Made by a program: the position numbers and the translations under genes
Virus record (IMG/VR): IMGVR_UViG_3300048834_001011
Location: 1 to 56,829 of that record
DNA from: a virus
Lineage: Duplodnaviria; Caudoviricetes
Length of the DNA stretch: 56,829 bases
Strand: one strand, 5' to 3'
Notes under the pieces: model-generated
Seen by the model: only the letters and a program-made list of their open reading frames with translations
Databases searched by the model: none
Told to the model about the DNA's origin: nothing
Part shown: one piece after another, positions 28,237 through 37,299 of the stretch
How the letters are laid out: each line of letters begins with the position of its first letter
Position numbering within the stretch: the first letter of the stretch is position 1

Positions 28237-28887
28237 TCAGTAATACCAATCCGTTAGGACTTCGACCGCAGGCCGGTGTCCGTTCGCCGGAAGGGCGTTG
28301 ACGACTTGGCCGTAAACGGCTGCTGATTTGACGCCGATGCGCTCGATCAAATGCCAGGGGAAGCGCTGCTCCAGGAGGAACTCGGCCTGCTTGCCTTCCT
28401 TGTGCGCCCGCCAGTCGCGGGCCTGCACGGCAGTCCAGTTGATCTCGTTCAAGCGCGCGAGGTCGCTACGGTCTTCGAAGAAGTACGAGCCCGCGTTCGA
28501 CAGGGTGAATGCCCAGCGCGCAGCTTGCACGTTGGCCCACGCAACAACCGCGTTCAAGTCAGCTTCAAGATGCAGGATTGGCCCTTGCCCGCCGCGATAG
28601 GTCATCTCCGGATGGTTGCCCTGGTAGATCAGGTAGAGCATCACTGAGCGCGGGCAGAAGTAGAACGGCACGCAGTCGCCGACGTGTAGGTTGGGGTGGC
28701 TGCTGAGGCGCAGTTCGTTCAAGCGTCTCTGCTTGATGCCGGTCATGCCAATAGTGGTGCCCGCCGGTGCGCGCCGCACGATCTCCGCATCGCACCACAG
28801 TAGGCCGTCTGCCACGATTGAGGGCAGGCGATCCACATGGACGATGTGGTAGATCTTGGGCTGCGGCGGAACCAGCACGGCGTTCAT
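28237..28887 (-). CDS. darT: DarT toxin, DNA ADP-ribosyltransferase (DUF4433)
   Basis: IYHIVHVDRL, VPFYFCPRSVMLY, FTLSNAG and KQAEFL (catalytic Glu); directly upstream of darG. Confidence 0.93.
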   Translation of the reverse strand: MNAVLVPPQPKIYHIVHVDRLPSIVADGLLWCDAEIVRRAPAGTTIGMTGIKQRRLNELRLSSHPNLHVGDCVPFYFCPRSVMLYLIYQGNHPEMTYRGGQGPILHLEADLNAVVAWANVQAARWAFTLSNAGSYFFEDRSDLARLNEINWTAVQARDWRAHKEGKQAEFLLEQRFPWHLIERIGVKSAAVYGQVVNALPANGHRPAVEVLTDWYY

Positions 28888-29516
28888 GGCACTTCGTCTC
28901 CGAACAGCCCCAGCGATCCCTGGGCGGCTTCCTGCTCAGATTTGCCACGTCGTGCGCGAGGGGCGAGCAGTTCGCTCTGCGCCACATCGCCCAAAGCGTG
29001 CTTGAGCGCCACGCGCCAGCCCTTGCCCGCATCCATCACCCCGCCGGTGCTCATGGCGGTCATGCCGAACAGCCACCAGCGTTCCTCCGGGCGCAGCGCC
29101 AACCAGTTGCGCACGCCTACGGGAATTTTCTCCATCTCCATCTGTTCGACGGCCCAAGCCAGTACGCACAATTCCTTGCCGAGCAAGCGATCCACCGAGT
29201 TGTCGCCGACCTTCCATGCGCCCGCCTTGATACCGTGCGAGGCCAAGCGGGCATTGAAGGCGCGCTGCACCTCGGCGCGGATGGCCGTCCAGCGCGGGCG
29301 ATCCAGCAGAACACGGTCGATCACCGCGTTGTCGTTGCTTGCGGCCTGCAAGCCGAGGTGTTCGCTGATCTGAACCTTGCCGGTGCTGGCCTTGGGAATG
29401 GTGATCTTGAAGTGATGCGGATCGGAAGTCGCAGGCACGCCAAAACCCAGCGTGTGCAGCACTTGCGCACGCGTCTTGGGCGATGGTGTGTTGCCTGCGG
29501 CCTTGGCCATCCTCAT
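28884..29516 (-). CDS. DUF3780 anti-phage-associated protein
   Basis: GFG...DPHHF...FNARL...W..GDN.VDRLLGKELCVLAWA...W.AL.PEERWWLF. Confidence 0.88.
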   Translation of the reverse strand: MRMAKAAGNTPSPKTRAQVLHTLGFGVPATSDPHHFKITIPKASTGKVQISEHLGLQAASNDNAVIDRVLLDRPRWTAIRAEVQRAFNARLASHGIKAGAWKVGDNSVDRLLGKELCVLAWAVEQMEMEKIPVGVRNWLALRPEERWWLFGMTAMSTGGVMDAGKGWRVALKHALGDVAQSELLAPRARRGKSEQEAAQGSLGLFGDEVP

Positions 29517-32500
29517 TCCTCCTGATTGATGTCGCCCGGCTTCAGCTCGATTCCGGCGAGCTTGGCGAATTCTTTGAGTGCAAAGCCGGTATCGAAGGCG
29601 ATGCCGTCGGCAATGGCGATGTTGAGCGGGGCGTCGGGTTCCTTGAGCACGTCGCGCAGGCTGTTGACCACGCCTTCGATGATGGCGGCGGTGACTTCGC
29701 GCTCCTGGAAGCGCACGGTCACGGTGTTTTCGCCCTCACCGATTTCGACGCGCACCCCCTTGAAGCGTGTGCCCGGCTGATCGCGGAAGCGGTTGATGAC
29801 GCTGAAGACGCGGTCGGTGGTGTCGAGGGCAACACGCTTACTTTGCAGGCGGGCGGGCTTGCTGTCGACGATCTGCACCGTCTTGTCGCCGCTGGCGGGG
29901 ATCTGGAAATCCGCTGTCTTGTTGGCCTCGCCCGCGCGGGCAAATACCAGCAGACGGCAGCTTGCGGAACCGATCTCGAACGGCGCGTCGTAGCGGGTAC
30001 CGTCCTTGGGGTTGGAGCCGTCCAGGGTGTAGAAGATATCGGCGTGTGGTGTGGCGGCCAGGGTGATCCGACGCTTGTCGGCGGCAGGTTCGACCTGATG
30101 ACGAATCTTGAGGTCGGCAAGCCAGCGGGTGGCAGGGCCGGTTTCATATCGCCCAGTGGGTTCCTTCACCACAAAGTAGACCGTGCCTTCGCCGGTGGCG
30201 AAGTTCTCCAAATCTTCAACCTTGTTGTCCTTGTCGGACACGTCGGGTTTGTTCGACCAGTAGACGACCGGACTGTCACCCGCGTGGCGCGGCGTGAGGC
30301 TCAGGACCGTCTCGCCGGTGTCCGGCTTGACATTGACGACGGAAACATTGACGGTAGTCTTGTCCTTGGGGAACGGGCCCTTCTCGATATAACCGTCCTC
30401 GCCCAAGCGCCAGCGGCCTTGCTTCAGGGCCTCTGTTTTCAGCGTATCCAGGCCACTGGCACCCGGCATCCACGGCCAGATCGGCGAGCACTTGGCGCGG
30501 GTGGCGACGTCTTTCCAGGGCGTGCGACGGTTGTCCTTACCGGACGGCCACAGGTACTCCTCGGCCTGTGCGAAGCATTCGTCGAAGTTGTCCTTGCCCA
30601 GTTCTGCGACGAGCTTGTAATCAGCGCGTGGGCTGGACAGCAGTTTTTCGATCTGCGTCTCGGCGGACTGATCGCCCTGGCCGAGTTTGAGGCCTTGGTC
30701 GATGCTGACCTTGCCCAGTTTGTTACTGCCATCCACCGCATCGTTCACGGGAATGTAGAGGCAGTTGTAGGCGGCGGACAGCGCCTTGCCGAAGCGATCT
30801 TCCGACTCTTCGAAGCGGTCGCGGGCTTCTTCGAAAAGGGTGTCGCCCGACTTGAGGCGCTTGTGGATCTGCTCGATGGCGTACAGCTCGCGCAACCGCT
30901 CTTCGACCGCGTCGGCCAGCAGGCTGTCCTGGCCGCTCAACACCAGCAGGTTGTTCTTCTCCTGCTGGTAGTCGAAGAAATTTTGCAACTCGTTGGGCGG
31001 CACCTTGCCGTCCGGCTTGATGACGATCAGGGTGCGTGGGCCACCGAGCTTGAGTTCATCCAGCCGGGGCAGTACCTGCACGTCCTGATAGGCGATCTTG
31101 CTGACCGGCGTGAGGATGCCCGAGAGGCGATTGATGAGTGCCTGATCGACCTTGGGTTGCGGTACTTCCTTGGCGTTGCGCTCGATCTGACGCGAGAGGT
31201 TCTCAGTTTCCTTGATGAAGAAGCGTTGCTCTTCACGGTGGAGGTACCACGCCGATTCACGCAGGCGTTGCAAGGCCTGCAGGAACTCGTCGGGCTTGCG
31301 CTGCGGCGCGGCCAGGAACTCGATCAATTCGCTTTCCGACAGGCCGATACGTCCGCCGACAGCGCGGGACAGACTGGATGACAGCAGCAAGGTCATGAGC
31401 TGCTGCGCAGCATCGCCCGCCAGGTCGGCGTCGATTTGCTCGGCGATGGCATTGCCCGTGTCGGCGATGTCGCGCGTCACAGCCGGCATCAGCTTGGGCG
31501 CAATGCGCTCGATCTCGTCCTTGACTTGCTCGTCGTTCAAGTTGAGATGCTGCGTGCCGATCAGGAAGACGTCGTCGGCTTCGCGCTCATCAACACTCTT
31601 GAGCAGGCGCGCGGTGAACTGCATCAGGCCACGGGTCTGGCGGAAGCCTTCGTTCTCCTTGAACAGCGCGACGAGGTGCTTGAAGGAGGGATGAAAGGGA
31701 TAGGTTTCCCGCACCTGCTCGGCGATCTGCTCGATGCTGCTGGCGACGATGTAGCCGCCATCCTCGGCCTTCTTGATCTGCTGTGCGTACTCTTCAGCGA
31801 CGTCGGAAACGACACGCTCGTCCGGCAGCTCGTCGATGAGGCGCTTCTTCAGGATTTCGTAGATTTCGTTGCCCGCCAGTTGCACCGGCGTGATGGTCAT
31901 GGCCTGACGGCGGGTTTCCTGCTGCAGGTTAGAAATGGCGTCGGCTAGCGCCTTGGTCTGGGCCTTGTAGCTTCCAGACAGGTTGGCGACCACGATGGCG
32001 CAGTTGGGCAGTTCCAGTGCGGCGCTCATCAGGCTGGAGAGGCTGTAGACCGCCATGTTGGCCAGCGTGCCCTGACCGAATACCTGCGTACTGGCGTTGT
32101 CGAGATAGGGCGGCAGTTCGTCAAGCAGGATCAGCGTCGGCTTGTCGCCAATGATTTCCTTCCACTGACGTTGATCGACAGCCTTCGGCCCATTCGCCCA
32201 ATACGGCTTGATGGCTTCTGCGGCTCCAAGCTGGGTGGCGATCTCGCCCCAGATGAAGTTGTCGGGGTTGTTGCGTCCGTTGAACGCCGCAATGCGCGCT
32301 TGGCCGAAGTCGATGCGCGAGGCCAGATCCGCAGGCAGAACATCCTTGCGCAGATGTGCATGGCGGGCAAGCAATCCCAGTGCGATCATCATGTGCGTTT
32401 TACCGCCGCCCATCGCCTGGGTCAGTTCGAAGACAGCCTGATCCGACTTGCCGGACAGACGCAGCAGACCTTCACGGAAAAGCTGATCCATGCCGTGGGT

Positions 32501-32638
32501 GACGAAGTTGCGCGAGAAGAACTCGCTGCCGTCGCCCGCGTCATTGATGAGGTCTGCGAGGTTCTCGATGCCCTGAGCCATCCGGTAGTCCCGAATGACC
32601 GGGTTGAACCGACAGGCTTGCTTGACCGTCTTGATCAT
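29513..32638 (-). CDS. DUF499 AAA+ ATPase
   Basis: QAMGGGKTH Walker A, ILLDE Walker B, YPFHP, FRQTRG; Fn3-like IFYTLDGSNP near the C-terminus; ATG 32638. Confidence 0.9.
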   Translation of the reverse strand: MIKTVKQACRFNPVIRDYRMAQGIENLADLINDAGDGSEFFSRNFVTHGMDQLFREGLLRLSGKSDQAVFELTQAMGGGKTHMMIALGLLARHAHLRKDVLPADLASRIDFGQARIAAFNGRNNPDNFIWGEIATQLGAAEAIKPYWANGPKAVDQRQWKEIIGDKPTLILLDELPPYLDNASTQVFGQGTLANMAVYSLSSLMSAALELPNCAIVVANLSGSYKAQTKALADAISNLQQETRRQAMTITPVQLAGNEIYEILKKRLIDELPDERVVSDVAEEYAQQIKKAEDGGYIVASSIEQIAEQVRETYPFHPSFKHLVALFKENEGFRQTRGLMQFTARLLKSVDEREADDVFLIGTQHLNLNDEQVKDEIERIAPKLMPAVTRDIADTGNAIAEQIDADLAGDAAQQLMTLLLSSSLSRAVGGRIGLSESELIEFLAAPQRKPDEFLQALQRLRESAWYLHREEQRFFIKETENLSRQIERNAKEVPQPKVDQALINRLSGILTPVSKIAYQDVQVLPRLDELKLGGPRTLIVIKPDGKVPPNELQNFFDYQQEKNNLLVLSGQDSLLADAVEERLRELYAIEQIHKRLKSGDTLFEEARDRFEESEDRFGKALSAAYNCLYIPVNDAVDGSNKLGKVSIDQGLKLGQGDQSAETQIEKLLSSPRADYKLVAELGKDNFDECFAQAEEYLWPSGKDNRRTPWKDVATRAKCSPIWPWMPGASGLDTLKTEALKQGRWRLGEDGYIEKGPFPKDKTTVNVSVVNVKPDTGETVLSLTPRHAGDSPVVYWSNKPDVSDKDNKVEDLENFATGEGTVYFVVKEPTGRYETGPATRWLADLKIRHQVEPAADKRRITLAATPHADIFYTLDGSNPKDGTRYDAPFEIGSASCRLLVFARAGEANKTADFQIPASGDKTVQIVDSKPARLQSKRVALDTTDRVFSVINRFRDQPGTRFKGVRVEIGEGENTVTVRFQEREVTAAIIEGVVNSLRDVLKEPDAPLNIAIADGIAFDTGFALKEFAKLAGIELKPGDINQEE

Positions 32639-32832
32639 GAACGCGCTCCGTTGTTGTTCTTGATTTCCTCGGAGTGCTGAATCGCAATGCCGTGCCGCTC
32701 GCAGTAGCCCCGAATCAGAACTTCGACCATGTTCGCGATGGATCGATGCTCCTGATCCGCCGCGATGCGAAGCGCTTCCTTGAGTCCGGGGTCGATACGA
32801 AATGTGAGCGTGGCAGTCTTGACTGTGGCCAT
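32635..32832 (-). CDS. Ribbon-helix-helix regulator heading the defence operon
   Basis: TATLTFRIDPGLKEALRIAADQEHRSIANMVEVLIR; GGAGAGG RBS; ATGA overlap with DUF499. Confidence 0.8.
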   Translation of the reverse strand: MATVKTATLTFRIDPGLKEALRIAADQEHRSIANMVEVLIRGYCERHGIAIQHSEEIKNNNGARS

Positions 32833-32848
32833 AGCCTCTCCAGGAACC

Positions 32849-32874
32849 ACTGTAAATGTACTGCACTTTACAGT
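32849..32874. promoter_or_regulatory. Palindromic operator upstream of the RHH gene
   Basis: ACTGTAAA-N10-TTTACAGT perfect 8-bp inverted repeat, 16 bp before the ATG. Confidence 0.55.
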
Positions 32875-33244
32875 ATCGCGGCAGTTCCCACAATGCGGAA
32901 CTGCTCTCGTGCTTGTCCCCGCGCCACGCGATGACGACGCCAGACCCGCGTGGCGCGCTGGGCAGTTGGTGGCGGTTGTCGTGGGTAACGGGCATCGAGG
33001 CGTCGGATCGGCAGCAGATGTCCGTATGAACGCGCTATTCCGACGAAGAGCCAAGCCACTCGTGGATGCCGAGTGTGGGCGACCAGACCTTCAAGTGATG
33101 GCGGGATGCGCTTTGCCTGGAAAACGAGCGCCCGATCGGCGCGTCGGAACGCCTGCGAACTGGCAGGCACTCGCCGAATCGAAATGGCCAAATTCTCTAA
33201 GCCATGTCCAAAGGGCCGGGCGCGTTACTATTTACGTCGGAGCG

Positions 33245-33277
33245 CGGACGCGGGTTCGATTCCGGGTTCCACCACCA
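33245..33277 (+). other. att-like junction: tmRNA/tRNA 3'-end-like fragment
   Basis: CGGACGCGGGTTCGATTCC...TCCACCA (T-loop plus CCA) with no 5' half of an RNA gene. Confidence 0.7.
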
Positions 33278-33520
33278 CCTACAAGGGCTCGGATAGTCTC
33301 CGGGCCCTTTCTCTTGCCTGAAATCCCCGCGCCACGCGGGGTTCCGGCCGATGGGCTTGCGGATGCCATCCTGCCGCTAGGCTCCAAAACCGGCGTTTTT
33401 CGGGCGTTTTTCCCGCCCAGAGTCGTCTCTGTCTCTGTTTTGCTTGCGGGTAGTCGCAGCCACAAGCCTTCAAAATCAACCACTTACGCGCCCTGGTTCG
33501 CTGTCAACCGCGCCCGCCAG
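33268..33520 (+). repeat. Conserved non-coding element end (copy 1); copy 2 at ~53559-53801
   Basis: Shared blocks CTTGCCTGAAATCCCCGC..GCGGGGTTCCGGCC, CCAGAG.CGTCTCTG, TGCGGGTAG.CGCAG, CAAAATCAAC.ACTTACGCG. Confidence 0.85.
33283..33312 (+). terminator. Intrinsic terminator after the junction (copy 1)
   Basis: AAGGGCTCGGA-TAGTC-TCCGGGCCCTTT; same hairpin at 53574. Confidence 0.7.
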
Positions 33521-33976
33521 TCAAGTATCGAACCGCGCCACGACCGCACGTTGCGCCGTCCAGTCCACCGGCAACGGGTTCCGCTGGAACCACAGCAGGC
33601 TCATACAGCGGGGCTGCTGCCCGGCATAGATCGCCTTCACGATGTCCGGCTCCAGCAGCGTCAGGCGCAGCAGTTCGTTGACCGTGGAATGGTGCAAGCC
33701 TTCGCGCTTGGCGATCTCACTGCCGGTTTCGACCACGCCGTCGTCGAGCAATTGCTGCCAGTAGAACGCCCGTGACAGCGCCGTCAGCAAGGGCTGGTCG
33801 TGCACGGCGGCCGTCTTGGCCTGCACCTGCGCCACAGCAGGCCGCACCACCACGGCCCGCCCGCCGCGCTTTCTGATCTTGATCGGGATGAAGGTCGTGA
33901 GCCGGATTTCGTCGCCGTCGCGCCGCTCGCGCTTTTCCGCCAACCCGGTGGCCTCGATCTTGGGTTTGTTCTTCAC
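33521..33976 (-). CDS. Recombinase-associated HTH protein (often labelled LacI-like)
   Basis: RAFYWQQLLDDG...SEIAKREGLHHSTVNELLRLTLLEPDI; overlaps the recombinase stop; paralog at 54284. Confidence 0.8.
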   Translation of the reverse strand: MKNKPKIEATGLAEKRERRDGDEIRLTTFIPIKIRKRGGRAVVVRPAVAQVQAKTAAVHDQPLLTALSRAFYWQQLLDDGVVETGSEIAKREGLHHSTVNELLRLTLLEPDIVKAIYAGQQPRCMSLLWFQRNPLPVDWTAQRAVVARFDT

Positions 33977-35307
33977 ACCGCCTCCGCTTCCAGTTCCTGC
34001 AGTTCCGCGCCGATGGTGCCGGGCAGCAAATCCATGGCCAGTTCCTGCCAGCCGAGGTCACGCCAGATGATTTCCAGCCCGGCATCACCCAGCACCACCC
34101 GCTCGATCAGCAACTGCGCCAGCCGCCGCTGCTCGGCGGGATAGAGCGTGGGCCACATCGCCGCGAGGTTGCGCATCGGCAGCACCACCTGGGGCTCGTC
34201 CATGTCAGGCCGGATGACGTGCATCCGATCCACGACCATCTGCACGATGTGCGGGGCCTGCAGCGCCATCACGATCTGCTCGACAACCAGCGATTCGATC
34301 GGTTCGGCGGGCAACGACCCGTGCCGACTGGCCCACGCACCCATGCGCCGATGCAACACCGGCGTGTAGTAGCAGTACCGTTTGCCCTTCTTGTTGGTGT
34401 AGGTCGGCATCAGCTTCTCGCCGTCGTCGGTGAACAGCAGCCCCGACAGCAAGGGTTCGACCTCGCCGCGCGCCACGCGCTTGCGTTGCCGTGCTTCCGT
34501 TTCGATCAGCGCGTGAACGGCATCCCACTGCGCCTGCGTGATGAGGGCCTGATGCTCGCCGGGGTAGCTCTGGCCCCGGTGATTGATCTCGCCCAGGTAC
34601 ATCCGGTTGTGCAGCAGCTTGTACATCGTCTGCTTGGTCAGCGGCTTGCCCACCTTGCTCAACAGCCCTTCGGTGGCGTAGGTTTTGGCCATCGTCGTGG
34701 TGGAGCCGACGTTCACGAAATCGTCGAAGATGCGCCGCACCAGCGCCGCTTCCTTCTCGTTGACGACGAGCTTGCGCTCGACCACGTCGTAGCCCAGCGG
34801 TAGCGGTCCGCCCATCCACATTCCTTTCTTCTTCGACGCCGCGATCTTGTCGCGGATGCGCTCGCCGGTGACCTCGCGCTCGAACTGCGCAAAGGACAGC
34901 AGGACGTTGAGCATCAGACGCCCCATCGAGGTGGTGGTGTTGAACTGCTGCGTCACCGACACGAACGACACGCCGCGCCGGTCGAACACCTCGACCATCC
35001 GCGCAAAGTCGGATAACGAGCGCGAGAGCCGGTCGATCTTGTAGACCACCACGACGTCCACCTTGCCGTGCTCGATGTCGGCAAGCAGGCGGCGCAACGC
35101 AGGCCGCTCCATATTGCCGCCCGAGTAGCCGCCATCCTCGAAGTGGTCGCCGACCGGAATCCAACCTTCGGCACGCTGGCTGTGGATGTAGGCGCGGCCT
35201 GCCTCGCGCTGTGCATCGATGGAATTGAAGGACTGGTCAAGGCGTTCGTCGCTGGATACGCGGCAATAGACGGCGCAGCGTTTCGGGTGCACGAGCGGCA
35301 GGTTCAT
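33973..35307 (-). CDS. Large serine recombinase (integrase)
   Basis: AVYCRVSS catalytic Ser, DGGYSG, RPALRRLL, VYKIDRLSRS, FAQFERE, GPLPLGY; ATG 35307. Confidence 0.95.
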   Translation of the reverse strand: MNLPLVHPKRCAVYCRVSSDERLDQSFNSIDAQREAGRAYIHSQRAEGWIPVGDHFEDGGYSGGNMERPALRRLLADIEHGKVDVVVVYKIDRLSRSLSDFARMVEVFDRRGVSFVSVTQQFNTTTSMGRLMLNVLLSFAQFEREVTGERIRDKIAASKKKGMWMGGPLPLGYDVVERKLVVNEKEAALVRRIFDDFVNVGSTTTMAKTYATEGLLSKVGKPLTKQTMYKLLHNRMYLGEINHRGQSYPGEHQALITQAQWDAVHALIETEARQRKRVARGEVEPLLSGLLFTDDGEKLMPTYTNKKGKRYCYYTPVLHRRMGAWASRHGSLPAEPIESLVVEQIVMALQAPHIVQMVVDRMHVIRPDMDEPQVVLPMRNLAAMWPTLYPAEQRRLAQLLIERVVLGDAGLEIIWRDLGWQELAMDLLPGTIGAELQELEAEAV

Positions 35308-35786
35308 CGCACACCCGCCTTCTGGCCGCGCAGGCCGAAAAATCGCGGCCCGTTCCACTGCACGCCCGTGATATGCCGAGCCACCGCCGACAGGCTGCGA
35401 AACGTCTTGCCTGCGTACTCGCATTCACCATCCGGTGTGACGACGACGCGATGCTCGCGTTCGTCCCATTCGCGGATCAGCACCGTGCCGGGCATCAGGT
35501 GCTGCTGGCGGCTGTCACCCGCAACCGGGTCCAGCCGGTGCTTGATCTTGGAATGCGCGGCACCGGCTTCGACCAGATGGCGGCGAATGCCGGTCGGCAC
35601 CGCGCCGTAGGCCATCTCCTGAATCCGGTAGGCCAGCCGGGATTCGAGGAAGGGGCGATTGATGTGCTTGGGCCGCCGGGGGAAGTGTTGATCCCACAGC
35701 GCCCACAGTTCGGCCATCGGCAACGCGGGCAAAACCGCGATCTGCGCCGACACGGTGCCGACGCCCGTGTTGGGGTTTCTGGTCAT
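35304..35786 (-). CDS. DUF2924 family protein
   Basis: RLAYRIQE.AYG, PGTVLIREW, SLSAVARHITGVQWNGPRFFGL; upstream of the recombinase. Confidence 0.88.
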   Translation of the reverse strand: MTRNPNTGVGTVSAQIAVLPALPMAELWALWDQHFPRRPKHINRPFLESRLAYRIQEMAYGAVPTGIRRHLVEAGAAHSKIKHRLDPVAGDSRQQHLMPGTVLIREWDEREHRVVVTPDGECEYAGKTFRSLSAVARHITGVQWNGPRFFGLRGQKAGVR

Positions 35787-35847
35787 CGAGGAATCTCCAG
35801 TGGTTGAGACATCCGCATTCAGGCGCTGTGGCGGGCAAAAGCCAAGG

Positions 35848-36258
35848 TCAAACCGTGCTCTGTGGCTGTGTAGCCAAGGGCGGTGGCGCGAATCCGACGG
35901 CGGACTCCGTATCGGTGCGGTAGCTGATGGCCTTGCCCGTGACCGGGTGGCACAGCGTGCCGAACGTCACTTCACTGCCGATGCGCTGCGCGACGACGCA
36001 GGTGTCGTCGAGATGCGCCGGAAAAACCCAGCCCCGCACGCCATCGGGCAGATGGGCAAATTCCTCGATGCTTTGCAGTAAGTGGGGTTTGCCGAGCGCG
36101 TCGGCTTCGGCCTGCGCCTGCACGATGGCGTCGGGCTCGTCGCCGACCTCGACGATGGGAATCCACAGCACGTCGTGACCCGCAGCGAACCACAGCAGGA
36201 CTTCGACCTGCATCGACGAGGCGTGCGGGCCGAGGGGATGAATGATGTGATGGCTCAC
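35848..36258 (-). CDS. Hypothetical protein
   Basis: GTG 36258 after GAAGG; globular-looking 136 aa. Confidence 0.55.
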   Translation of the reverse strand: MSHHIIHPLGPHASSMQVEVLLWFAAGHDVLWIPIVEVGDEPDAIVQAQAEADALGKPHLLQSIEEFAHLPDGVRGWVFPAHLDDTCVVAQRIGSEVTFGTLCHPVTGKAISYRTDTESAVGFAPPPLATQPQSTV

Positions 36259-36429
36259 GGGATGACCTTCAGTTCCAGGATGGGATCGGGTTGAACGGAT
36301 ACCGGTTTGCGCGATGCCTTTCGCGCTTGGCACCGGTGGGCCTCACGCGGCATGGGCGGAGTCGGACTGGCGGACACGACCAAGTTCCAGTCCGAGGCGG
36401 ACGGCGGATATGCCACGACTGCCCATGAA

Positions 36430-37275
36430 TCACGCACCTGGCATTTCCGACGCCAGCTTCGCGCGGGCGGCTTCGATGTACTCGTGCGGAATATCGATCT
36501 CGTACTTGCTTTCGCGGTGACTGCGGTAGCCACAGGCGTGATCCGCGACGGAGGCGCGGGCCAGCGCGTCATAGAGGTGGTGCAACTGCTCGTAGAGCTC
36601 GATCTTGGCAACCGTGGCTTGGGCGTGCTCGAACGAGCGTTCGGCATCTCGAAGCTGATTTGGGATGGCGGCGATATCGATATCGAGTGCCTGCACCTTG
36701 CCGGTGACGTTCTCCAGCGTGGCGCGCGCCACACGCAGTTCGACATCGAGTTTCGTCAGTGCGTCGGGCAAGACGAACTCGCCCTCGGCAGCCGCCATCG
36801 TTTCGCTGGCGGACAGGGTCTCAGCGGCGATGCGCTGCTCCAGTTCGCCGATACGTTTCTGCAGCTTGGCGATGAGGCTGGAATGCTGCTCGCGATTGGT
36901 CTGAAGGGAGTTGCGACGACGACGTAGTTCGATGATGACTGTGCGTGCGCTATCCAGCTTGACCGGCGCTTCGATGATGTGGCGCAGTTCGTTGAGCTTG
37001 GTTTTGAGCGGGCTGAGCTTGCGCTCCAGGTCACCAGCGCGGTTCTGGGCTGCACTGGAAGCCAGCCGCGCACGGCGCTCCTGCTCCGAGACGGAATGCT
37101 GGTTGCCGCGTTGCTCCAGTTCGAGGGCGTGTTTCGCCTTGGCTTCGGCATCGGCCTTCGCTTCGTCGGCTGCGGCCTGCGTTTCTTCGAGTCGCTGCTT
37201 GACCTCGGCGAACTCGGTCTTGATGCGCTCGTAGTAGCCGGTGGTGGTCTTCTTGCTGAAGGGATTGAATTTCAT
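36430..37275 (-). CDS. Long coiled-coil protein (candidate Sid/Psu-like satellite protein)
   Basis: 281 aa almost entirely heptad-helical; GGAG RBS. Confidence 0.75.
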   Translation of the reverse strand: MKFNPFSKKTTTGYYERIKTEFAEVKQRLEETQAAADEAKADAEAKAKHALELEQRGNQHSVSEQERRARLASSAAQNRAGDLERKLSPLKTKLNELRHIIEAPVKLDSARTVIIELRRRRNSLQTNREQHSSLIAKLQKRIGELEQRIAAETLSASETMAAAEGEFVLPDALTKLDVELRVARATLENVTGKVQALDIDIAAIPNQLRDAERSFEHAQATVAKIELYEQLHHLYDALARASVADHACGYRSHRESKYEIDIPHEYIEAARAKLASEMPGA

Positions 37276-37299
37276 GGTCCGGGCTCCGGTGGTCTTGAA

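Larger units (their letters stand above)
1..33264. mobile_element. Prophage, right part (lambda-like head, non-contractile tail, lysis cassette, defence cargo); left end lies outside the window
   Basis: Contiguous + strand portal-protease-gpD-gpE-tail-TMP-lysis order, then a cargo operon up to a tmRNA/tRNA-like junction at 33245-33277. Confidence 0.9.

Noticed and set aside
32850-32873. LexA (SOS) box
   Set aside because: CTGT...ACAG spacing is 16 bp, not 8; treated as an RHH operator instead.
32639-33054. Long N-terminal extensions of the DUF499 and RHH ORFs
   Set aside because: They overlap each other and the operator region; RBS and ATGA coupling support starts at 32638 and 32832.
33200-33277. 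Complete tRNA or tmRNA gene
   Set aside because: Only a T-loop and CCA end are present. The T-stem is mismatched, and no acceptor 5' strand, anticodon arm or tag reading frame is recognisable upstream.
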